Below are positions 1-7,760 of a stretch of DNA of 9,044 nucleotides, piece by piece. Under the pieces are notes generated by a model. The model was not told where the DNA came from, searched no databases, and worked only from the letters and a program-made list of their open reading frames with translations. This DNA is from Paraspadella gotoi (lineage: Eukaryota > Animalia > Chaetognatha): the NCBI GenBank assembly GCA_051294375.1, contig JBJCIZ010001399.1, forward strand, positions 1 to 9,044, in the 5' to 3' direction. Position numbers and translations under genes: made by a program. Position 1 is the stretch's first letter, and every line of letters starts with the position of its first letter.

Positions 1-282
1 AAGTCGAAGTCGAACAAGTCGCAAAAAATACAGCTCGTCGAATTTTAAAAATAAATCTGTAATATACTTTGTAAATAAAAACAATTGTAAATAATTTTAA
101 CATCCACTAAACCGCCGTCAAAAACTACATAATAAAAAATAAAAATTGTTCAAAAATATTTAAAAGGCAAAGAGAAATGAATTTTTTAACACAAATTGAA
201 ACTCAAACCAGATAAAATCTAAAAACATTTTCTTCACCGGTGACCCTAAAAACTCTGACCACTCGCCGAAACAAAGCAAACA
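1..282 (+). other. Putative 5' UTR of the LINE (may be incomplete)
   Basis: AT-rich non-coding leader directly upstream of the ORF1 ATG at 283. It begins with three AAGTCG motifs (1-21). The assignment is positional only. Confidence 0.5.
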
Positions 283-1683
283 ATGGCTCCAACAATACTC
301 ACATTGATAAAAACACACCCGGTAAGCCTAAAAGAAAACCTTTACAAAATATGTGATAAACTAAACTTAACATATGATACAAAAGAAACTAAGGCACAAC
401 TACAATGTCTAATTGATCAAACATTACAAAATCAGCCGCATTTAGAAGAAACAATTAGAAAATTAATCATTGAACTGAATAAAGAAACTCACAGAGCTCC
501 ACTCAACTCAGAATCGAATTCATATGACATTATTCCTAATGAACAAATAAACTCACAAGAATCACTTTTTAGCGATTCCGAAATATCAGAACCCGGAAAC
601 CTATCTCAAATTGAAAAAGAGAATTCACATATGAATAATGTGGTTACCACTAAAAATTTAACAATTGAAGAACACTTGGAAAAAGTAACGGCCTTAATAG
701 AAAACAAATATAAGAATGACCATGAGGTCATTAAAAAGCAACAAATACAAATCGAATCTCTCTTTTCAACTTTACAAGATGAAAAAAGAGTCAGACAAAA
801 ACAACAAGAAGATTTTGAAAATAAAATAAATGATCTCAACATTACATTGAAAAATCTAACAGAAAAAACGAACAATCAACATTGTTTAGACCAATCAATA
901 CAAATCATAAAAAACGAAATATCCCATGCATTAGAAAAATTCGAAACCAACTTCAACACACAGATAACAAAACTTACTCACACCTCTCCCAATTCTACCT
1001 TAACTCTAAACACCCAAACACAAAAAGAAATACAAGATCACAACACTTCTACCCCACCTATAAACCAAAAAAAGCAAAACCATAATGAAGCAAGAACTCA
1101 CAGTGAAAAACCAATCGTTCTAATAGTTCACGATTCAAATGGCCACAAACTTAAACCTCAACAACTCAAACCAGATTCACATGTACAAAGAGTAGTACAT
1201 TATTCCATCGATGATGCTATACAGTCGGTTCCAAAAAATATAGAAACAGAAAAAGTAACTGACATTGTTTTTAACATTGGTCTTAATGACAGTAGAAAAG
1301 GTCTATCGGCTAAACAAATTTGCGAAAAAACACTCAATATGCAAATCTCATACAATAGCATATTTCAAAAAGCCAGACAACACCTTACCGCTCTTCCTCC
1401 CTTAAGCGACATCCAAATTGAGATAAACCAACGTTTACAAAAATTGGCAGTAAATACTGAAAGTAACTTCATTAGTACAAAAAACTTTCGCGACAAATCT
1501 ACTGGGAAACTCAGATCAAGTGTCTTTTCAGGTATGCACTACAATGACATTGGAACTAAAATTCTTGCAAAAGATATTAAAAAGAGCCTTTTTTCTATTT
1601 CCAACATGAACAACAATTGCCTCTCTACCATAAGAAAAATGCAAACACACCAATCCACTAACCTTATCATACCCGAACCTTGA
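283..1683 (+). CDS. LINE ORF1 protein (466 aa): N-terminal helical motif, coiled coil, C-terminal SGNH/GDSL-like esterase domain
   Basis: Uninterrupted ORF. Coiled-coil-like K/Q/E/L/I-rich stretch at aa ~127-232 (nt ~661-978). SGNH-like blocks: VLIVHDSN (block I, Ser at nt 1135-1137), FNIGLND (block III GxND, nt 1279-1290), SGMHYNDIG (block V His, nt 1537-1539). Lies directly upstream of an APE-encoding ORF. Esterase ORF1s are established in CR1, L2 and RTE-X elements. Confidence 0.88.
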   Translation: MAPTILTLIKTHPVSLKENLYKICDKLNLTYDTKETKAQLQCLIDQTLQNQPHLEETIRKLIIELNKETHRAPLNSESNSYDIIPNEQINSQESLFSDSEISEPGNLSQIEKENSHMNNVVTTKNLTIEEHLEKVTALIENKYKNDHEVIKKQQIQIESLFSTLQDEKRVRQKQQEDFENKINDLNITLKNLTEKTNNQHCLDQSIQIIKNEISHALEKFETNFNTQITKLTHTSPNSTLTLNTQTQKEIQDHNTSTPPINQKKQNHNEARTHSEKPIVLIVHDSNGHKLKPQQLKPDSHVQRVVHYSIDDAIQSVPKNIETEKVTDIVFNIGLNDSRKGLSAKQICEKTLNMQISYNSIFQKARQHLTALPPLSDIQIEINQRLQKLAVNTESNFISTKNFRDKSTGKLRSSVFSGMHYNDIGTKILAKDIKKSLFSISNMNNNCLSTIRKMQTHQSTNLIIPEP

Positions 1684-1761
1684 GATCATGAGCAAAATGA
1701 CCAAATACGACCTCCAGAAAACGAAACATCACCTTATCCTAAAAATAAAAATAAGTGCAAA

Positions 1762-2021
1762 ATGACAAGAAATATCAAAATAAAACAAATCAAATGGAAC
1801 ATAATGTATTCAAACGTTAGAGGTTTAAAAGGAAAACGCTCAAGCATAACAGAATTATTACATGAACATAACCCTGAAATATTCTTAATAACTGAAACAC
1901 AATTGCGTTGTGACAGCGGCATTGAAATAAAAGGATACACTTTTTTTAGTAAAACCCGACAAGACAAACAAGGCGGGGGAGTAGGAATTCTATTGAGAAA
2001 TGACCTAACAAATATCACAGC
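1762..2021 (+). pseudogene. LINE ORF2 N-terminus: apurinic/apyrimidinic endonuclease (APE/EEP) domain, first ~87 aa only
   Basis: MYSNVRGL (catalytic Asn motif), PEIFLITETQL (catalytic Glu), IKGYTFF..R...GGGVGILLR are typical LINE APE motifs. The track ORF continues to 2178, but residues after ...NITA lose APE character and run into a T-rich tract. Confidence 0.93.
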
Positions 2022-2126
2022 CGAAAAAAGAGACGAGATCGCCATGGCAACGACAACCACACAACACCCGATAAAACTCATTCTGGTAGAAAGAAGCGAT
2101 AGATTAAGATTGACAAGAACCAGCGA

Positions 2127-2320
2127 ATTTTTTTTCCTTTTTTTTTTCTCTTTTTTCTCTTCGATCGTCGAAGAATAAATGTGAGTACGACAAACACACC
2201 ATTTTTCTTATCTTTTTTCTTTCTTTTCTTTATTCTCGCATCGTTGATGTTTTAGTTTTTTCTTCTTTTTTTTTCCGGTTTTCCTAATTTTCCTTTCTTT
2301 TCTCTCCTTTAATCTAAATT
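2127..2320. repeat. T/C-rich low-complexity tract
   Basis: Runs of T interrupted by C (e.g. tttttccttttttttttctcttttttctct). Confidence 0.7.
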
Positions 2321-2383
2321 TTGAGTCGAAAAAATAAAAAAAAGAAATAAACCCAATTTAATTCGAGTTTGTGGCCGAAGTTG

Positions 2384-2605
2384 GTCGTCGTCTCAATTCG
2401 TCGTCGTCATCCTTATTGGTTTTTGTCATTCTTTTTGTTGGCCTTCTCCCGCTTATTGTCGTCGTCGTCTTCCCCTTTTTGCCATTAACGTCGTCCATCA
2501 ACTTATTTTCGTAGTCGTCGTCTTCATCCCTATATCGTCTCGGTCATCCTTATTGTTGTCAATTTTAAATCATAGTCCGTCGTCGTCTTCCATCGTCGTC
2601 GTCAT
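2384..2605. repeat. Degenerate (GTC)n-rich low-complexity repeat
   Basis: Recurrent GTCGTCGTC blocks followed by ATCC/TTCC/TTC, about 8 times. Confidence 0.7.
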
Positions 2606-2791
2606 TCCTCTTTTCCTCCATTTAACTCAATCAAACCAACCCGCAAATCACTTTTGCTTCGTCATGGCGCCGGCACGCGCGTCCCACTTGGACCCTGGCG
2701 CCACTCGAATCGGGCCAGCTCGACCGAACCCGGGCGTAAGGTTGTTTTTTGTTGTTTTTTTGGTTTTGTTTTAATTAAAATAAAAAAGTTT

Positions 2792-2817
2792 AGAGAAAGA
2801 AGAAAGAAAGAAAGAAA

Positions 2818-2872
<55 letters not shown>

Positions 2873-2890
2873 AGAAGAGAGAGAAAGAGA

Positions 2891-2968
<78 letters not shown>

Positions 2969-3011
2969 AGAAAGAAAAGATAGAGAGAGAAGAGAGAGAG
3001 AGAGAGAGAGA

Positions 3012-3047
<36 letters not shown>

Positions 3048-3058
3048 AAGAGAAAGAT

Positions 3059-3121
<63 letters not shown>

Positions 3122-3146
3122 GAAGAGAAGAGAGAGAAAGAAAAAG
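2792..3146. repeat. (GA)n microsatellite, imperfect, about 350 nt
   Basis: Almost pure AG dinucleotide run with sporadic extra A or G. Confidence 0.97.
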
Positions 3147-4160
3147 TTTCTCCCGACTTTTTTATCTGGTCTGCGTCGCGCGTGAGTCATCGGTCCCGGG
3201 ATCACGTGCATCCAGGAGTGAGTGCTCACGCGACGATCACGAGATTGATCACGTGCTGGAGAGATGCAAAGTCGAAACTCTCGCGAACTGCGAAAGAGAA
3301 AAATAATCGTTAAAATATCGCAGTGAGATAAGAACCAGAATGTTTAATACAAAAAGAACAATTAAATTGGGTCTCATCAAATTAATGACATTGGCATTTT
3401 ATATACTAAGCACTAATTGCTATTTTTGGAAATTATTCGTGCGCTATATCTGTATCTAGTGTACTAAATATTTAATAAAAGAAAGTATTATTTACTTGGT
3501 TCTGAAGCAGGCTTAACTTTAATAATTTCCTGATCCTTGTTAATAATCATTTGAGCATATTGGTCGTAATTCTATATCGAAAAAATATAACGGCCTTTAT
3601 TTGATTGATATGTTTGACTAAGTTACTTTACAATTGACAATTAAAACAAAAAAATCTAGTTTTCCAATTTTTTAAATAAAAAGAGAAATAAAAGTAAGGA
3701 CAATAGATTTAAAGTTGGAGTTTATTCTTAAAAAAAAAACAGCGAAAATGTAATTTTTTTCGAAACTAAAATTCTATCGTCAGGTTTGGAAATCGGACTT
3801 TACGTGAGAAGAAGCCTCTAAAAAGGTTTCTTAAACCTTTTGTTTGAGAAGCTTCCTGAAGAGAGAGGGCTAACATATTCGGGGTATAAAGTCAGTTACA
3901 TACTTTCTGCTTGCCTGTTTGAATGTTTTCCTTTTTTTCTGCATTATTTCCCTTGTGTATCATTATTTATTTTAAATGGGAAAAATATTGATTGTATTCC
4001 AATCGGAAGCAGTTAAAAATGGAGAAAAATATAAAAGTAAAAAAAGAAAAAAGAAGATAAAAAGAAAGAAACTAACACTAGATTGATGAGGTTGAATTAA
4101 GTTAGGATTCAACCGAAACCGACGAGTAAATCCTTGCAACTTATCGCTTGAACTGGTCCC

Positions 4161-4180
4161 CCTCTCTGCTCTCTCTCTCG

Positions 4181-4231
<51 letters not shown>
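4161..4231. repeat. (TC)n microsatellite
   Basis: Direct reading: ctctct... of about 70 nt. Confidence 0.95.
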
Positions 4232-4233
<2 letters not shown>

Positions 4234-4411
4234 TTCCGGAATTTTCTTCAGATCCCCACCCTAATTCGCGACCAAATCTTTTTTTTTCCTATAATTCCAA
4301 AAATGAATTCAGTCCGTCGATCAATAATTGGTTTTTTGAAAAAAATTGTCGTTTCCATGAAACCGAATTAAACTAGTCGACTTGAACACGAAATAATAGA
4401 AAGTGGAAATA

Positions 4412-4459
4412 AGAGAGAGAGAGAGAGAAATGGAGAGAGAGAGAGAGAGAGAAGAGAGA

Positions 4460-4497
<38 letters not shown>
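4412..4497. repeat. (GA)n microsatellite
   Basis: Direct reading. Confidence 0.95.
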
Positions 4498-4499
<2 letters not shown>

Positions 4500-4589
4500 A
4501 TGAGCACGCTTTTATGATGTCGAACGTCACACGAGTAAAAATTGATCGGCGATTTCGCTTTTAGCCAAATTGGAGAAAGAGATTTTACG

Positions 4590-5397
4590 AGGAAAGGGAA
4601 GAGAGGTGGAGAGAAGGAGATTAAAAGGAAAGGAGGGAGGAATAGGAGAGAAAAGAGGTGAAAAGAGGAGAAAAGGAATGCGAGGAAAGGGGAAGAAAAG
4701 TGATTAAAAGAGGAGGGAGGAAAGGAAAGAAAAGAGATGAAAAAGAGGAGAAAGAAAGGGTAGAGGAAAGGGGAGAAGAAGGAAAAGAAAAGTGAAAGAA
4801 AAGAGAGGGATGGAGGAGGAGGGGCTTCGCCTCCTGCATTTTCTTCCTCCCCATTCCTCGTCCTCTTCCTCACAGGATACTTATTTAAGGAGAGATTAAA
4901 AAGAAAAGGGAGGGAGGAAAGGAAAGGAACGAAAAGAAAAGAGGAGAAAAAAGGATGGAGGAAAGGGGAAGAAAGGGGAAAAAAGGGAGGGAGGAAAGGA
5001 CAAGTAAAACGATGGTAAAAGAGGAGAAAAAGGATGGAGGAAAAGAGGAAAAGGAGAATTAAAAGAAATGGGAGGGAGGAAAGGAACAGGAACGAGGTGA
5101 AAAGAGGAGAAAAAAGGAAAAGGAAAAGGGAGAGAAGGAGGTTAAGGAAGGAGTGAAGAAAGAAGAGGAACGAGGTGGAAAAAAAAGGAGAAAAAGATGG
5201 AGAAAGGGAGAAGAAAAAGGGGGAGGGAGAGAGGGAGAGGAAAGAGAGATTAAAAGGAAAGGGAGGGAGGAAAGGAGAGGAAGGAGTAGAAGAAAGGAAG
5301 AGGAAAAGGAAGAAGAGATTAAAAGAAAATGGGAAGGAGGAAAGGAAGAGAACAGGAAAGCGAGAGAGGAAGTTGAGGAAAGGAAGAAAAGGAAGCT
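4590..5397. repeat. Purine-rich (GGA/GAA) low-complexity tract with a loose ~80-nt recurring unit
   Basis: The motif GATTAAAA(G)GAAAGGGAGGGAGGAAAGG recurs in variant forms at about 4619, 4702, 4894, 5057, 5248 and 5317. A short pyrimidine switch lies at 4826-4871. Confidence 0.8.
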
Positions 5398-5495
5398 ATT
5401 GTCCCGACTTCCGATGCGTGTCCGTTTCCAACGAAAAGATAAGGAAAATCCTCGAATTAATTGGTTCGAGTTGTAAACTAAATTGGGGGCAAGGG

Positions 5496-5497
5496 GA

Positions 5498-5539
<42 letters not shown>

Positions 5540-5544
5540 AGGAG

Positions 5545-5582
<38 letters not shown>

Positions 5583-5590
5583 AAGAGAGG
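5496..5590. repeat. (GA)n microsatellite
   Basis: Direct reading. Confidence 0.95.
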
Positions 5591-5685
5591 AGGTTAAAAC
5601 AGACGCTTTTTTTGCAAAAAGGCGAAATGTTTGACTCGCTGCCGATTTTTTAACGAGAATCTCACGAAACTGTGGGAGAGAGAGA

Positions 5686-5714
5686 GATTTTGATTTTTTT
5701 GATTTGATTTTATT
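5686..5714 (-). other. LINE 3' terminus: AATAAA (5714->5709) running into a short (AAATC)n tail
   Basis: The minus strand reads GAGCAG-AATAAAATC-AAATC-AAAAAAATC-AAAATC, about 200 nt after the end of ORF2 homology. Short tandem-repeat tails are an established feature of CR1/L2/RTE-group LINEs. Confidence 0.75.
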
Positions 5715-6054
5715 CTGCTCAATTAATGTTAATAAAACAACATTAAACAATCACAGGATCGTAAGAGAGCCGTAGACATGGATATTATGTACATACAAGT
5801 TTGTAAAAAATTAAAACAACAATTAAAAATTCATTATATAAATAAACGAGAAAATGGTAAATTAAAAAGAAAAAATTTATATACAGATCATCTTAAGTTT
5901 ATGGATGGAACCTTTTCCATTTTGTTACAATTCCAATACATTTTCAAATGTTACCTAATTATTTTCAATAGTTTTGAAAGTAGTCTTTAGAATAAATTTC
6001 TCTGAATTCGATATTTATTTGTGTACTTCTAGAAAGTTTATGTTTTTCCATTTA

Positions 6055-6170
6055 AACGGCAATATGTTAGAACGGTGTTCTTCATCATCGAAAGTGTTAA
6101 TTGTTCACAGATTTCTTTTAAAGATCCTTTGAAAGTTTTTCCCACACTCTAGCATACCGTATCTCGCTAT
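6055..6170 (-). pseudogene. ORF2 C-terminal region with CCHC-like zinc knuckle
   Basis: IARYGMLECG.NFKG followed by CEQ(C)NTFDDEEHRLTYC (C-x2-C-x7-H-x4-C). The second Cys needs a 1-nt insertion and HRL needs a 1-nt deletion, so the motif is partly reconstructed. Confidence 0.7.
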
Positions 6171-6884
6171 CAAAAGAGATTTCTGGCTGTTTGTTTGTGC
6201 ATTTTAGTAAGTTTCCTTAGCCATGGTTCTCTTGTAGTTCCATTTGTTGAGGTTATCTATGATTAGATTTAGTTTTAGACTTTACTATTTTTTCTCCATT
6301 TTCTATTTTATGCAGTCGTGTCTAGTAATGTTTTGTTTATTTAATTTTTTTCATATCTCTTTTTTGACTTCGGATTTTCCATTGATTTTTTGATTTATTT
6401 TTAATTGAGTTGAAATCCAGTGTTAATTCTAATATTTAACTTAGTTTTTCTTTTATATTTTTGGTCCCATGCCAATGTTCATTCATCTAACAGATTAAAA
6501 AGTTGTAAAGTCCCATGTGTTGATTTTGGTTTAAGATTTCATGGAGATAAAGCAGATTGTTTGAGATGAAGCTCGGCAGGTTGTGTACAAAGCCGAAGCC
6601 TTGTAAATTATCGCTGGTGTTGGTATTGAAAGTGGGAGTGAAATAATTTTTTGATTGCTTGTATTTCTATTTGTTTTCTAGATCTTCTTGTTCTTTTTTT
6701 GTTCAGTGTCCATGTTTAGAGTTTGTAAGCAAACCAGTAACATTAATCTTTCATGAAGTTCGATAAGAACAGATGTCTCTATTTGTTTCAAACTTCATTT
6801 GAGGACATTGTGTTAATTTTCCGATTGTTCATTTTGTAATTTTTTTTCTTTCGGTTTTCTAAGTTTTCTGTATTTTTACCATCT

Positions 6885-7760
6885 TTACTTATAATATCTC
6901 CTAGGATACTTATATGAAGTGCAATTTTCAATTTTTATATTTCCAAGTTTCCATTTTTTCCTCAGTTTGTCCACTATTTCCCCAATTTTGCAATTACCAT
7001 TGTCTTGCTTTGAACCCCATTCTAGTTTGTGTCTAAGCAGCCCAATTCGTCTAATTTTTTCAAGAACTTTTTTTCTTGGTTTTTGACGTCCTTCTACACA
7101 AGTGACACATCGTCCAACCCAGAGTAGAGCCCCAATTTGCAAATTTGTTGTGACTTTAATGGATTCAGAAGCATCACTCATTTCTTCTGCAATTGTATCC
7201 ATTCTGCTTGGAAATATCTACCTGTAAGGGCGAGAGCCCTGTTTTCCTCCAAATTTCCATTTTTATTTGACGTGTTAGCGTCCGTACCGTGTTTTTATTC
7301 TGGCACAAAGATTTTTTCATTTAGTAATTTCAGATTCCGCCATATTTTCCTCTTAAACCTTTTCCCCACATTATTACTAACATGTCTTCAGTGTCGGCAT
7401 GAATCAAATGCTTTTTGTCACGTTCATAGAAAGTTAAGAACATATTTCTCTTTGTTTTCTGAATAATTGAAATTAAGGATCTGATAATAAAAACATGATC
7501 GTAAGTTGAGCATCCTTTTTGTTCCTCCACCTGTTTGGCTATGGGTAAATGGGACAATTTGTTGTATTTTTTGATCAAGAAATTCTTCTAGAATTGTACT
7601 GATGGATGATGAAACTGTAATTGGACGGTGGTTTAATCAAGTTTTCTTTATCGCCCTTACCTTTCCATACGCTGGTAATAATGCCTTCATTCCAGCTTTG
7701 AGGTATTTTTTTTCTTCTTCCCAGATTGTTGAAAGTAGTTGATAAATAATTTTGTCATTT
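6885..7760 (-). pseudogene. ORF2 reverse transcriptase domain (frameshifted)
   Basis: WNEGIITSVWKGKGDKENL (7694->7638), ITVSSSISTILEE, KGCSTYDHVFIIRSLI, FLTFY(D)VTKAFDHAD, GGKQGSRLTG, GALLWV-DDV (WVDD at 7121->7109 with one extra G), KHKLEWG-like and YKYLGDII (about 6915->6890). Track ORFs 7330-7578 and 6885-7202 are fragments of this domain. Confidence 0.95.

Larger units (their letters stand above)
1..2021 (+). mobile_element. 5' arm of a non-LTR retrotransposon (LINE with esterase-type ORF1 and APE-RT ORF2; RTE-X-like or CR1/L2-group, clade not firmly resolved)
   Basis: A-rich sense strand, a 282-nt leader, a long ORF1 with SGNH-like motifs, then an in-frame ORF2 start with APE motifs (SNVRGL, ITETQL, GGGVGIL). 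The recognisable coding signal stops at ...NDLTNITA (nt 2021/2022). The true 5' end and target-site duplication are not visible. Confidence 0.93.

Noticed and set aside
1681-1683. Alternative genetic code (TGA=Trp) fusing ORF1 and ORF2
   Set aside because: No other in-frame TGA occurs in the clean arm, and the conserved Trp residues use TGG. Nothing supports a code change.
606-2081. Antisense or alternate-frame ORFs 606-875, 882-1085 and 1734-2081
   Set aside because: Shadows of the A-rich ORF1/ORF2 strand with no recognisable motifs. Not comparable to an L1 ORF0 without expression data.
2022-2178. C-terminal 51 aa of track ORF 1762-2178
   Set aside because: APE similarity ends at NITA. The rest is garbled sequence running into poly-T (FFFLFFF).
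2384-2605. Poly-Asp protein on the minus strand, or a CRISPR-like repeat array
   Set aside because: There is no sustained ORF and no constant-length repeat with unique spacers. The context is eukaryotic and has no cas genes.
2654-3229. Track ORFs giving RE-repeat (+) and SL-repeat (-) proteins
   Set aside because: These are translations of the (GA)n microsatellite, which has no stop codons. There is no evidence of real coding.
3200-3256. Two CACGTG E-boxes and repeated GATCACG as a promoter
   Set aside because: Short palindromes inside a region of doubtful sequence accuracy, with no associated gene.
4321-5750. Track ORFs rich in E/K/R/G or S/L/F/P (4321-4530, 4373-4873, 4621-4854, 5153-5476, 5175-5597, 5478-5750)
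   Set aside because: Stop-free purine or pyrimidine tracts produce these ORFs automatically.
4874-6913. Direct 11-mer AGGATACTTAT at 4874-4884 and 6903-6913
   Set aside because: A single same-strand 11-mer between two 3-kb AT-rich segments is expected by chance. It is not a plausible target-site duplication because 6903 is inside RT.
5778-7466. Plus-strand ORFs 5778-5990 and 7137-7466
   Set aside because: They are antisense to the LINE 3' UTR and RT and have no motifs.
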